A DNA stretch of 64,000 nt from Lachnospiraceae bacterium UBA7225 (GCA_002473385.1 DKTR01000116.1:6370-70369), one strand, 5' to 3'; counted from the stretch's first letter, positions 31,450-42,215 are shown. The notes: a model not told the origin generated them from the sequence alone. A program made the numbers and translations.

Positions 31450-32733
31450 ATGAAGCAGAATCAGATAGCAGATGTGTTAGAAAAGAGCAGCGTAAAGGAA
31501 TTATTTGCCGATCTGTATGGAAGAGATAATGTGCAGGAGAATATGGAGCGTTACCGCTACCTTGTGGAGGGATTTGTGAGAAACTTCGGTGATGTGGAGT
31601 TTGAGCTGTTTTCTTCTCCGGGACGCACAGAAATCGGCGGCAACCATACTGACCACAACCATGGAAAGGTGCTGGCGGGCAGTGTGAATCAGGACTGCAT
31701 CTGTGCGGCGTACAAAAATGGTTCTAATAAGATACATATTATCAGCGAGACCTTCCATCAGGATTTTACTATTGATCTGGATAACCTGGAGCCGGATGCA
31801 AAGAGTGCCGGCACGGTACCGCTGATTAAGGGGATTCTGGCAGGCTTTAAGGAGAGAGGGTTTGCGATCGGCGGTTTTGATGCTTTCACAACCAGCAATG
31901 TCATCAGTGCGGCGGGTGTCAGTTCCTCGGCATCTTTCGAAATGCTGATCTGCTCGATCCTGAATTATTTCTTTAATGATAATAAAATGACAGTCACAAA
32001 CTATGCACATGCCGGGCGTTACGCGGAGAATGTGTACTGGAAAAAAGCATCGGGGCTGCTGGATCAGATGGCGTGCGCGTGCGGGGGTGTCGTGACGATT
32101 GATTTTGCTGATAACGAAAATCCGAAGGTGGAAAAAATTGATTTCAGCCTGGATGCGATAGGCTGCGACCTGCTGATTGTCAACACCGGAAGAGGTCATG
32201 CCAATATGAGCGACGAGTATTCTGCTGTTCCGGTGGAGATGAAGAAGGTAGCTGCGTACTTTGGAAAAGAGGTTCTGGCGGAAGTGCCATATGAGAAATT
32301 CCTGGAAAACATTCCGCAGGTACGTGCTGCTCTCGGTGACCGCTGTGTGCTGCGCGCGCTGCATTTTTACAATGAAAATGCCCGTGTAGACGAGGAGGTG
32401 TCGGCTCTGAAGGAAAAGCGCTACGACGACTTCCTGCGTCTGATCTGCGAATCCGGCGATTCCTCCTGGAAGTGGCTGCAGAACTGCTACTGTATCGAAA
32501 CACCGCAGGAGCAGGCAATCTGCGTTGCGCTTGCCATGACAGAGCTGTATCGCAAGGATATTAAAAAGAGTGCCTGCCGTATTCATGGAGGCGGCTTCGC
32601 CGGGGTAATTATGGTAATTATGCCGAAGGAATACACGGCAGATTTTACAAAGTACATAGAAGAAAAGCTGAACGACAAATGTGTTTATAAAATGACGATC
32701 CGTAAATACGGCGCGATTCATATGGAACTATAA
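31450..32733 (+). CDS. galK: Galactokinase (GHMP kinase)
   Basis: SPGRTEIGGNHTDHN, AGVSSSAS, GLLDQ, RIHGGGFAG. Confidence 0.9.
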   Translation: MKQNQIADVLEKSSVKELFADLYGRDNVQENMERYRYLVEGFVRNFGDVEFELFSSPGRTEIGGNHTDHNHGKVLAGSVNQDCICAAYKNGSNKIHIISETFHQDFTIDLDNLEPDAKSAGTVPLIKGILAGFKERGFAIGGFDAFTTSNVISAAGVSSSASFEMLICSILNYFFNDNKMTVTNYAHAGRYAENVYWKKASGLLDQMACACGGVVTIDFADNENPKVEKIDFSLDAIGCDLLIVNTGRGHANMSDEYSAVPVEMKKVAAYFGKEVLAEVPYEKFLENIPQVRAALGDRCVLRALHFYNENARVDEEVSALKEKRYDDFLRLICESGDSSWKWLQNCYCIETPQEQAICVALAMTELYRKDIKKSACRIHGGGFAGVIMVIMPKEYTADFTKYIEEKLNDKCVYKMTIRKYGAIHMEL

Positions 32734-32748
32734 AAAACAGGGGGCATA

Positions 32749-34107
32749 TCACACTTTCGTGTGCTGGCCCCCTGAACATTTTCTGCCCTCATACAGTACA
32801 TAAGCGAGCGTATAGCATGCCATAATGCCGGATACAGTGGGGGCAATGCGTCCAAGCATTCCAAGATTGTCACCATAATATTTTGCAAACAGATAGACAA
32901 GCGGGATGCGTAAAAGCAGTGCGCCCGCGCTGCTGCTTATCATGGTCCAGACTGTTTTCTGACGGCCATTCAGGTACCCGTTGAGGCAGAACACGATGGT
33001 GACGAGCAGATAGTCATAGCTGTTGGAGCAAAAAAAGGGGATGCCGGCGGCGATCACCTGTTCATCGGCGGAAAATACACGGATCATCGATTGTGGGATA
33101 AGCTGTGCCCAGAGCCAGAATAAAAGGGCTGCGAACATGGCGAAGGACAGCCCGTACCAGAGAGATCTGCGTGCGCGTTCCGGTTTTCCAGCACCGATAT
33201 TATGGGCAGTGATGGCGGCAAGCGCATTGGCGACAGAAGTGCCGGACAGCATGGCAAATACGTCGTATTTGCTGGAGATTCCGACTACTGCAGCCGCATA
33301 GACGCCGCAATTGTTCATGACAGTCATCAGATACAAAAAAGAAATGCGGATCATCAGCTCCTGGAAGGAAATCGGGATTCCGACTGCTGCCAGCTCCTTT
33401 ACAAGTGCGGGAACCGGATAGAAGCTTTTCAGTCTGAAATCAAAGATGAAATCGGATCTCTTCAGGTAAATGATTGCGCAGATCATGCTGACCGCCTGGG
33501 AAAGTACCGTGGCGAGTGCCGTTCCTCTGACGCCAAGTCCAAGGTATTTTACAAATATAAAATCCAGAATAATATTGAGGACACAGGCAACTGCTACAAA
33601 AATCATCGGACGCGTGGAATCGCCGTAGCCGCGCAGAATGGCGCTGATGGCATTGTAGCCGCACACGAAAAGGTTGCCGGAGGCGCAGACTGCAACATAT
33701 TGCATTGTCAGCTCAAAGGATGCCTCCGGGGTGGAGAGCAGCATGAGCAGCGGACGCTCAAACGCCAGCATCAGTATAGTCAGAAGCATGGCGGTCAGAG
33801 TAAAAACGGTCAGTGTGGTACCGATGGTCTGCGCTGCGCGCCTATAATTCTGCTGCCCCATATATTTGCCGATAATTACGGTGCTTCCCAGTGTAAGCCC
33901 GGTGATAAGGCTTGTGACAATCTGCGTCACTTGTGTTCCGGTAGAGACTGCCGCCACACTGGGGGCGTCACAGTATTTTCCGATTACAAATAAATCCACT
34001 GCGCCGTACAGTGACTGCAGAATATTTGCAATCAGAAACGGAACCGCAAATACAAGCAGTGTTTTTAAAATATTTCCTTCTGTCAAAATATTTTGTTTTC
34101 TTTTCAT
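32749..34107 (-). CDS. MATE family efflux transporter
   Basis: Multi-TM; LQSLYGAVD, LRGYGDS..P, NIILD, G..G.ALAT. Confidence 0.92.
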   Translation of the reverse strand: MKRKQNILTEGNILKTLLVFAVPFLIANILQSLYGAVDLFVIGKYCDAPSVAAVSTGTQVTQIVTSLITGLTLGSTVIIGKYMGQQNYRRAAQTIGTTLTVFTLTAMLLTILMLAFERPLLMLLSTPEASFELTMQYVAVCASGNLFVCGYNAISAILRGYGDSTRPMIFVAVACVLNIILDFIFVKYLGLGVRGTALATVLSQAVSMICAIIYLKRSDFIFDFRLKSFYPVPALVKELAAVGIPISFQELMIRISFLYLMTVMNNCGVYAAAVVGISSKYDVFAMLSGTSVANALAAITAHNIGAGKPERARRSLWYGLSFAMFAALLFWLWAQLIPQSMIRVFSADEQVIAAGIPFFCSNSYDYLLVTIVFCLNGYLNGRQKTVWTMISSSAGALLLRIPLVYLFAKYYGDNLGMLGRIAPTVSGIMACYTLAYVLYEGRKCSGGQHTKV

Positions 34108-34214
34108 TTCTTTCCCTGCCTTCCCTACTGAAATTTTATACTCTACAGTAATTATACAGTCAAGCGATTTTTGGGGAAAAGTAAGCGAAAAAAGATGATT
34201 TTCCTACAAATACT

Positions 34215-34243
34215 TTGACATAGCATAAAAAGATTGGTAAACT
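34215..34243 (+). promoter_or_regulatory. Sigma-A type promoter of surface-protein operon
   Basis: TTGACA-17-TAAACT with TG extension. Confidence 0.6.
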
Positions 34244-34297
34244 TAAAGAAGTTATTTAAATATTTAGAAAATATTTGGATGAGGAGGATGCGGGTTT

Positions 34298-35503
34298 ATG
34301 AAATTAGGGAGAAGGGGATTTTATGCAGTATTGCTTGCGGCAGGATTTGTGCTGACGGGCAATGCCGGAGCGGCAGCAGAGGACGAGACGGCGGGAATTG
34401 ATGTGACAGTGCAGGCGACCGGAGCAGCAGCGCAGGATGCGGATACAGGAGTGCAGGTGGCGGATGAGACACAGAATCAGATACCGCATGCTCTTACACC
34501 GTATCAGACAGAGAATTTTGAATTGTGGGACAATGATCCGACCAGGGCATTTCAAATGATGGCGGCAGAGTATCGGCAGGGTCTGACGCCGGGGAACTAT
34601 CAAAACTCCCGGCAGGCGCTTTATAATCTGGACGGAAGGTTCTCCAGGGTAACGATGGTGGTCGGACATATCGACGGAGAGCGTGACGGCAGTGCAGTGC
34701 TCTATGTTTACAAGGATGGAGAGCTGGCGCAGACTGTTAATCTCAGCAGTGACATGATGACGCAGAAACTGGAACTGGATACGACGGGGGTAAAGCAGCT
34801 TCGTCTGGATCAGACGGGGAGTGACGCGGCATACGGCTTTGCGAATGTGATGGGCTACGGCGGACACAATTTTGTGGCGGAGATGTCACAGGTTGTCTCG
34901 GTGTTTAGTGACGGCGCATACACTTATACATGCAAAGACTGCGGTTATTCCTACGGAGAGACAATCCCGGAACAGACGGAATGTGTGCCATATCTGACAC
35001 CATATCAGACTACAAATCTATATTCTCTGGAGGAGACGGAGGATACGCTGGACTGCTTTTACGTGATGGGCAAGGCATACTATAAGGGGGTAATTCCGGA
35101 TAATTATCAAAGCACGCGGGAGGCGCTCTATAATCTGGGGCAGAAGTATAATAGTGTGACTTTTACGGTTGGACACCATGACAACGAAAGAACGGGCAGT
35201 GCAGTGCTTCGCGTCTTTGGAGACGGCAATCTGATGAAAGAACTGGAGCTGACCAGGGATATGATGAACCAGACCGTTACCATAAACACGGTGGGTGTTA
35301 CACAGATGAAGATTTCCTATGAAGGCAGCGACAGTAATTATGCGATTTTCGATATGAGTTATGAATCAGTGGAAACGTGGGAGCATAATTTTACCAAAGA
35401 GGTGCTGCTTGAGGCAACAGTTGGACAGACCGGTATCTGCACTTATACCTGTGTGAACTGCGGAGCCTGCTATACGGAAATCATTCCGGCAGTGGATGAC
35501 TGA
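34298..35503 (+). CDS. Secreted protein with two NPCBM/NEW2-like domains, each followed by an HNF..TYTCxxCG module
   Basis: Signal peptide; internal duplication LTPYQT...ALYNL...VGH.D.ER.GSAVL...GV.Q. Confidence 0.75.
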   Translation: MKLGRRGFYAVLLAAGFVLTGNAGAAAEDETAGIDVTVQATGAAAQDADTGVQVADETQNQIPHALTPYQTENFELWDNDPTRAFQMMAAEYRQGLTPGNYQNSRQALYNLDGRFSRVTMVVGHIDGERDGSAVLYVYKDGELAQTVNLSSDMMTQKLELDTTGVKQLRLDQTGSDAAYGFANVMGYGGHNFVAEMSQVVSVFSDGAYTYTCKDCGYSYGETIPEQTECVPYLTPYQTTNLYSLEETEDTLDCFYVMGKAYYKGVIPDNYQSTREALYNLGQKYNSVTFTVGHHDNERTGSAVLRVFGDGNLMKELELTRDMMNQTVTINTVGVTQMKISYEGSDSNYAIFDMSYESVETWEHNFTKEVLLEATVGQTGICTYTCVNCGACYTEIIPAVDD

Positions 35504-35535
35504 TAACGACAGACTGACAGAGAGGGAGGAAGGTT

Positions 35536-38500
35536 ATGTATTGTTACAATTGCGGAAAAGAAATTGACAGCGATGTAAAGCATTGTCCGTACTGCGGGGC
35601 ACAGCAGCAGGATGCAGCGGCTCCTGCGCAGAATGGCGCGGGCGGGAAAAATAATGGCAGAAAGAAGCTGCTGGCTCTGATTGCAGTGGCTGCTGCCGCA
35701 GTAGTTGTCCTGGTGGCGGTGGTGGTACTGCTTACCGGGAAGCGGACGCTGCAGGTGATGGATTATGTGGGTCTTAAGGTGCAGGGTCTGAGCACTGAGG
35801 GCATTGCTGCGGTTACCTTCGACATAGACAGGCTGCTGACGGATATCGGTAAAAAGAAGACGCTGACAGAGCGGGAGAAGGAAGACGTGGAGGCGCTGAT
35901 TGATGAAGCCATGAAGGATTTCTCACTCTCAAAGGGCAGCCAGCTTGCAAACGGGGACGAAGTGACCGTTGAGAGCAGTGTGGATAAAAAGCTGCTGAAC
36001 AGCTACGGTATTTCTCTGAAAAATGGTTCTGCCACTATGACGGTGGAGAGCCTTATTGAGATACAGGAAATCCATCTGAACGAGTATATAGAGATGGCGT
36101 TCTCCGGATTTGAGGGGAATGGCTATGCATACGTAAATACCGATTTCGAAAAGCTGAGAAGTGATGTGGAAGCGCAGGTGCGCGCACTGGCAGAGCCGCA
36201 GGAAGCGGAAAAATTCATTTCGGAGGAGCTGGATAATTACCTGTATTCCTTCTATCTTGATGTGCAGCCGTCTGAACTGCTGAAAAATGGTGACGAAGTG
36301 AAAGCCGCCATCAACATGGATTACGCAGAAATCAGTGAGTACGGTATCCGTTTTGTCTGGGAGGATATAACGGAAACGGTGGAAGGGCTGCTGCCGACGC
36401 ATACGGTTCCCCTGGCGGATTATTTGAACTGTTCATTTTCCGGGTATGACGGAGCCGGATATGCAAGTGCGGTTCTGGACACGGAAAAGCTTGCCGGGGA
36501 TCTGCAGACAGCGTTTGAAGAAGAAGGGCGGGGCGTTTATGGCGCGCCGCAGGAAGATACAGATCTGACGGCGGATATTTCGAATGCTGTGGATATTATC
36601 CGGGATAGCTGGCGCTATAATTTTACTACAACATTAGACAGGGAAGCTGCGCTGGCAAACGGCGACACGGTAACACTGGATTGTGCATATGAGCAGGAGA
36701 CGCTGTATATTAACCAGATTGGCGTATATCTGGCAGGCGGCACGCAGGAATTTACTGTAGAAAATCTGGAGGAGCCGCAGGAGATTGATCTGGCGGAGGC
36801 GCTGACAGTGAGCTTTTCGGGAATCTGCCCGAATGTGCGTGCAGAACTGACGATTGACTACGATCAGCCTTATGTATCGCTGACTTCGCTCTGGGATATG
36901 AGCAGCAGTGAGTGGATTTATGCCCGGAACGGTGATACCTATGAAGGGGAAATTACATACGACGGGCAGGAAATGCTGGAGCATGGCTATCGCGTGACGA
37001 ATAGTACGTATAGCTATACAATTTCCGGTCTGAATACCTATGAGCTTACAGCGTCCTCAATGGAGGATGAGGCGATTGCTGCGCTGGTGTCCGATCTGGA
37101 AGAGCATGTGAAAACAAAATTTGTTACCTCCTCGGATGATATTCTGGATTATGCAGGTGGCAGCTGGCTTATCTGGAATAAGAGTGAGATGGTGCCGGAT
37201 TCCTTTAAGACGGTTTGTAAAACAAGTGAAGATGATACAGAAAACAGGCTGTATCTGGTGTTTCATATGGCAGTTCCGGTGAAGCAGCAGAGCCGTCTGG
37301 TGAAGCAGCAGGATGTATATGTGGTGGTGCGTTTCTACGATGTAGAGGAAACACCGCAGGGGCAGCTTGTATATGAGGATAACTGGAATACGTCGCTGTA
37401 TATGACAGCGGAGGAAGCACAGGACTATATCGCACAGGATATTGCCGGTATGGAAAACGCTGAAGTTCTGGCGGAGGATGCGGCAGAGGAGGCGCTTGTA
37501 CTTGATGTACAGGATACCGCAGAAATTCCGGGCAAAGAAGTGGTAAAGACCCAGGTGGCGAGTGGTGAATTCGCAGATAATGTGAAGAACCAGGCAGCAT
37601 ATTATCTGACCTATGAGGGGCATATTTATGCGCGGTTTGATATGAATCTGAGCTGGAGCCTGGCAAACACCTTCTGCCAGACGGCGGGCGGACATCTTGC
37701 TACTGTTACCTCTGAGCGGGAAAAGGCGGTGATTGAGAAGCTTCTGGAGGATGCGCCCTACAGCGAATACTGGCTCGGTGCGACGGATGCTGACTGGGAA
37801 GGCGGCTGGCAGTGGGTGACAGGCGAACCGTTTGAATGGACAGACTGGGACAGAGGACAGCCGGATAACTCCAGTTATGCAGAAGAGGGTGAAAACTATC
37901 TGGAGATGGGCAGAGGTTTCGGAAACCACTGGAACGACAACGATGGAGAGAATACTGACGGCGGCTTTATTCTGGAGATTGAACCGTTGGAGGTTATGAC
38001 GAAAACTGCAGAGATCGGGGCGGAAGGAGACACAGATACGGCAGAAGGCGTGAAAGCAGATAGGAAAACAGATGCAGATACGGCAGACGGAAATACGATA
38101 GAAGCCGCAGAAACAGGTGCGGGAATCAGTACATCGGTATATCTGGCTGAGCTGACACCGCGGGCTTCTTATAAGAGCGGTATTGAGACGTATCTGACCG
38201 ATCCATATGGGGATGATCATTTTTGCAGCTTGTATCTGGATGCGGCACAGGGAGGCTTTCTGACATATGATCTGAATGGCGGGTGGTCGGAACTGACGGG
38301 GACCATCAGTACATGGACGGATGCAGAAAGTGAATGTATTTTTGAAATTGCCATCTGGGGCGATGATACTTTGTTGTTCTCTAAATACAATTATAAGAAG
38401 GGCGACGCGGCGATTCCGTTCGCGATTGACGTGAAGGGCGTGGAGAAGCTTTATATTCAGACAAAAGCTTACGGAAATACTTACAATGGATATCTGTTTT

Positions 38501-40254
38501 TGAATGAGGGCTGGCTAACGGCGGATGGCACGGAGACGGCTTTGGCTAAGTCAGGGAAGACGCTTAGTGAGCTTGCGCTGATTAGTTCCGGCAAATATGA
38601 GCCGGAAGCAGCGGGCATGTTTACAGATATTTATGGAAATATCCACCGTGATGCCTATACCTTCTCTGCAGCAGAGAACGGGTATGCGCTCTGGAATCTG
38701 GACGGAAACTACACGTCCTTTGACGCAGTACTTTTTGCGGCGGATTATTACGATGATTATGGCACAGCGGAGGGAAACCTGGAAATTCTGCTGGATGGAG
38801 AGAGTGTATTTTGCATAGATAACTATTCGGTTTTCGGGCAGGAAACGCCGGTATCTCTGGATGTGACCGGCAAAAGGACGCTGGAGGTGCGCACCTCGGG
38901 CGATGAGGAAAGCGGCTTTCTGTATTTTTACCTGGCAGATACGATGCTGAAAACGACAGACGCAGAACCGATGGAAGTGCCGGAAACGCCGGAATTCCCG
39001 GAGATTCCTGCGGTGGTAGAACAGCGGGCGGCAGAGATCGTCACCTGCGGAAATTATCGCTACTACTTATTTGAGGAGCAGCTTACCTGGGAGCAGGCGG
39101 GAGCGTTCTGCACAGCGGCAGGCGGAGTGCTGGCATGCCCGGCAGATGCGGATCAGAATCTGACGCTGCAGTACATGGCATCGGCTGGTCTTTCTGACAG
39201 CTACTGGATTGGCGGACGGCTGACGAAGGGTGTCTGGAGCTGGAGCAATGGTGAGAACTTTGGAAGTTATCTGAACTGGGGCAGCGGAAAACCGGACAAT
39301 GTGGACAGCATGGAATATCTTCTGAGCATCAATCAGGACGGAACCTGGAATGATCTTCCGGCGGATGCTACAAGAGGATTTATAATGGAGGTTACGGCAG
39401 TATCCGGGCAGCAGGCAGAGGATACCGTCCGTCTGCCGGAGCTGGAGTGGCTGGAAAGTAATTATTGTGAGACTTCAGACGTCTATGATGTGGACGAAAT
39501 ACAGATGAAAGCGAAAACGCTGGAGCCTGGCAGTGTGTGCCTGGATGCTTCCAACGATGCATGCTTTAGCGTGCAGCTCGATGGCAAATACGGAGTATTT
39601 GCAGGAACAATCACCCCTTATTCCGGTGCTTCTGAAAATGTAAACATGCAGTTTGCGGTGTTTGGTGACGGAAAGCTGCTGTATGAGCTTCGGAATATCC
39701 GGAAAAATGAGGAAAAAACAGCATTTTCCGTGGATGTCAGCACAGTGAAGGTGCTGACTGTGGCAAGTTCTAATAACGGAAGCTATGATTATGGGTATCT
39801 GTATCTTACCGGTACGCTTGCGGCAGGGGGGACTTTAGGCGAAGCGGAGGATATCCGGCGCCTGACAGATCTGATCCAGGTGGAGGAGATAAATACGAAT
39901 ACGGAAGACGTCCTTTATACGGATGCATACGGAACCCTGCATGATCGCTTCCTGGAAATGAACGCGCAGGCAGACTCTAAAGTGCTTTACAATCTGTCGG
40001 GAAATTACTCGGCCTTTACCGGTACGATTATAGCAGAGACAGACGGAGCACTGAAAACGGATGTATCCGTTCAGATAAAGGCAGACGGAGAGGTACTGTA
40101 TGAGATTTCCGGTTTTGACATGTATGAGGGACCGGCTGCATTTGAGGTAGATGTCACAGGGAAGAATACACTGGAAATTGTAACCGCGTCTGAGGACGGA
40201 ACATGGATTTATGTGGCGGATGACCGGATTGCGGCGCGGCAGGCAGAAAACTGA
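35536..40254 (+). CDS. Large membrane-anchored lectin-like protein: zinc ribbon, TM, stalk repeats, two C-type lectin and about four NPCBM-like domains
   Basis: CxxC..CxxC, one TM, repeats FSG..G.G.A...L.NGD.V; CTL motifs W..A..FC...GG.LA, YW.G, QPD or KPD, WND; Y.L.G.Y..F.G...DVTG repeats. Confidence 0.82.
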   Translation: MYCYNCGKEIDSDVKHCPYCGAQQQDAAAPAQNGAGGKNNGRKKLLALIAVAAAAVVVLVAVVVLLTGKRTLQVMDYVGLKVQGLSTEGIAAVTFDIDRLLTDIGKKKTLTEREKEDVEALIDEAMKDFSLSKGSQLANGDEVTVESSVDKKLLNSYGISLKNGSATMTVESLIEIQEIHLNEYIEMAFSGFEGNGYAYVNTDFEKLRSDVEAQVRALAEPQEAEKFISEELDNYLYSFYLDVQPSELLKNGDEVKAAINMDYAEISEYGIRFVWEDITETVEGLLPTHTVPLADYLNCSFSGYDGAGYASAVLDTEKLAGDLQTAFEEEGRGVYGAPQEDTDLTADISNAVDIIRDSWRYNFTTTLDREAALANGDTVTLDCAYEQETLYINQIGVYLAGGTQEFTVENLEEPQEIDLAEALTVSFSGICPNVRAELTIDYDQPYVSLTSLWDMSSSEWIYARNGDTYEGEITYDGQEMLEHGYRVTNSTYSYTISGLNTYELTASSMEDEAIAALVSDLEEHVKTKFVTSSDDILDYAGGSWLIWNKSEMVPDSFKTVCKTSEDDTENRLYLVFHMAVPVKQQSRLVKQQDVYVVVRFYDVEETPQGQLVYEDNWNTSLYMTAEEAQDYIAQDIAGMENAEVLAEDAAEEALVLDVQDTAEIPGKEVVKTQVASGEFADNVKNQAAYYLTYEGHIYARFDMNLSWSLANTFCQTAGGHLATVTSEREKAVIEKLLEDAPYSEYWLGATDADWEGGWQWVTGEPFEWTDWDRGQPDNSSYAEEGENYLEMGRGFGNHWNDNDGENTDGGFILEIEPLEVMTKTAEIGAEGDTDTAEGVKADRKTDADTADGNTIEAAETGAGISTSVYLAELTPRASYKSGIETYLTDPYGDDHFCSLYLDAAQGGFLTYDLNGGWSELTGTISTWTDAESECIFEIAIWGDDTLLFSKYNYKKGDAAIPFAIDVKGVEKLYIQTKAYGNTYNGYLFLNEGWLTADGTETALAKSGKTLSELALISSGKYEPEAAGMFTDIYGNIHRDAYTFSAAENGYALWNLDGNYTSFDAVLFAADYYDDYGTAEGNLEILLDGESVFCIDNYSVFGQETPVSLDVTGKRTLEVRTSGDEESGFLYFYLADTMLKTTDAEPMEVPETPEFPEIPAVVEQRAAEIVTCGNYRYYLFEEQLTWEQAGAFCTAAGGVLACPADADQNLTLQYMASAGLSDSYWIGGRLTKGVWSWSNGENFGSYLNWGSGKPDNVDSMEYLLSINQDGTWNDLPADATRGFIMEVTAVSGQQAEDTVRLPELEWLESNYCETSDVYDVDEIQMKAKTLEPGSVCLDASNDACFSVQLDGKYGVFAGTITPYSGASENVNMQFAVFGDGKLLYELRNIRKNEEKTAFSVDVSTVKVLTVASSNNGSYDYGYLYLTGTLAAGGTLGEAEDIRRLTDLIQVEEINTNTEDVLYTDAYGTLHDRFLEMNAQADSKVLYNLSGNYSAFTGTIIAETDGALKTDVSVQIKADGEVLYEISGFDMYEGPAAFEVDVTGKNTLEIVTASEDGTWIYVADDRIAARQAEN

Positions 40255-40292
40255 CCGGTGGTAAGCAGTAGTCAGACAGAGAGGGTGATGTT

Positions 40293-42143
40293 ATGAAACA
40301 AATCAGAAGACTGAAAAAAACAGCAGCTGCCGGAATTTGCGCCTGCGTGGTATTATCCGCGCAGGGCGCATACATCCGGGCAGCAGCAGAAATGAAAACA
40401 GAGGCGTCAGCAGAGGCAGACTATTACCTTCCGGAAAGCAACAGCCGTTATCTGGAAGAGCAGGAGCTGGAGGGATGGACACGCACTCAGCTTGAATACG
40501 GCAGATATGAAATCTTTGCGCGCCGCGGGATGCTGTTTGAAACGCCGGAGGTGGCGGAATACTTTTCCGGAAAAAGCTGGTACTTTGGGTTTATTAAGGA
40601 GAGCGATTTCCCGGAAAGCATGCTGAACGAATACGAGACGGCAAATGCCCTGCTGCTGGAAAAGATGGCGGCAGAAGCAAAGGACGATCCGGAAGAAATG
40701 GACGAAACCGGAAATGAACTGGATATGCAGGCTGCGGATACGGAAACGGAAGAAGCATCTGAGGGTAAGACGGAGCCGGAAACGGAAGAAGCATCTGAGA
40801 GTAAGACGGAGCCGGAAACGGAAGAGGAATCTGAAGGTAAGACGGAGCCGGAAGCCAGGAACACAGACGAGACAGAAGCGGAGCCGGAAATCCGCTACGT
40901 TCCTGGCGAGTACACGGCATATGTCGATGGCTATGCAGGCAGGATCATGGTGACATGTACCTTTGATGAAACCGGAATTGTCAACATGGGTATGAATCTT
41001 TCCGGAGAGAACGCCGGACAGGGAGCTGAGATTGGGAGTGACCTGATCAGGCGTATTCTGGAAGCGCAGACAAGTGAGGTCGATGCCGTCTCCGGCGCGA
41101 CGATAACCTCTGAAGCAGTCAAAGCGGCAGTAGCTGCCTGCATGGAGCGGGCGAAGATCGTCGAAAGAGAAGAGGATGAGACGGAGGCAGAAACCGAAGA
41201 GCAGGCTGAGCGTGTAACAGAAGCAGAAACGGAGACTGAACCAGAGACAGAGCCGGAAACGGAGCCGCAGACGGAAGCGGAAACTGCAGCAGAAACAGAG
41301 ACTGAACCAGAGACAGAACCGCAGACGGAAGCGGGCTTCAGCAAAAATGAGGATCTGCATGATGTAGATATTATGGCGGAGATCGGGAAGATGGAAGCGG
41401 AGGAAAACGGGGAACAGACGGGACAGGAAACAACAGAGGCTGCGGAGGTTCAGCCAGACGGAACCGGCGATATGGCACCCAATATGGAATACATTTTTCC
41501 GGACGTAGCCGGGCGTTATCTGGACCGCGAGGAAGTATCGCGTCTCTCTCCACAGGCTATCAGCTATGCAAAAAACGAAATCTATGCCCGCCATGGACGA
41601 AAATTTGCATCGCAGGAGTTGCGCGATTATTTTGGAACAAAAAGCTGGTATGCGGGAATTATAGATGCGGAGGATTTCACCGACAAAGTATTTAATGATT
41701 ATGAACAGAAGAATCTCCTTCTGATTGTAGAGTATGATACTTACCAGCTTGATCAGCCTGGTTATGACATTGACAGAGTAGCGGAGGAATTATCCCTGTT
41801 TGCTGCGGAAACTACCGAGACGACAATCGCGCCGGAATCGAACTATCTGACAGGGCAGTATATTTTTGCTGACAGCGATATCCGTTATCTGACTGAGGAA
41901 GAGGTGAACGTGCTGTCCGCGCGCGTCGCGTGTTATGCGCGTTATGAAATTTATGCGCGCCGGGGCGCTGTTTTCACACCGCAGGAGCTGCAGGAATATT
42001 TTGGCGGCAAGAACTGGTATGCCGGAAGGATCAGTCTGTCTGAATTTTCCTCAGAGATGTTTAATCAGTATGAGCTGTACAATATAAAGCTTTTAAATGA
42101 GCGCGAGAAGACGCTGGAACCGGACGGCTATCTGAACCGGTGA
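40293..42143 (+). CDS. Secreted protein with three YARHG domains and an FMN-binding (flavinylation) domain
   Basis: EIFARRG, EIYARHG, EIYARRG; G.Y.A.VDGYAG.I.V...DAVSGATITS. Confidence 0.83.
   Translation: MKQIRRLKKTAAAGICACVVLSAQGAYIRAAAEMKTEASAEADYYLPESNSRYLEEQELEGWTRTQLEYGRYEIFARRGMLFETPEVAEYFSGKSWYFGFIKESDFPESMLNEYETANALLLEKMAAEAKDDPEEMDETGNELDMQAADTETEEASEGKTEPETEEASESKTEPETEEESEGKTEPEARNTDETEAEPEIRYVPGEYTAYVDGYAGRIMVTCTFDETGIVNMGMNLSGENAGQGAEIGSDLIRRILEAQTSEVDAVSGATITSEAVKAAVAACMERAKIVEREEDETEAETEEQAERVTEAETETEPETEPETEPQTEAETAAETETEPETEPQTEAGFSKNEDLHDVDIMAEIGKMEAEENGEQTGQETTEAAEVQPDGTGDMAPNMEYIFPDVAGRYLDREEVSRLSPQAISYAKNEIYARHGRKFASQELRDYFGTKSWYAGIIDAEDFTDKVFNDYEQKNLLLIVEYDTYQLDQPGYDIDRVAEELSLFAAETTETTIAPESNYLTGQYIFADSDIRYLTEEEVNVLSARVACYARYEIYARRGAVFTPQELQEYFGGKNWYAGRISLSEFSSEMFNQYELYNIKLLNEREKTLEPDGYLNR
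40741..40853 (+). repeat. In-frame 36-bp tandem repeat x3 (ETEEASEGKTEP)
   Basis: Unit CGGAAACGGAAGAAGCATCTGAGGGTAAGACGGAGC. Confidence 0.9.
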
Positions 42144-42170
42144 TAGAAGGAAAACGCATTTTCGGACGAA

Positions 42171-42215
42171 GCGCGTCCTGAAAAAGACCTCTTATGAGGA
42201 GCGGACAGGACGCGC
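42171..42215. terminator. Inverted repeat between convergent genes
   Basis: GCGCGTCCTG ... CAGGACGCGC, large loop. Confidence 0.45.
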
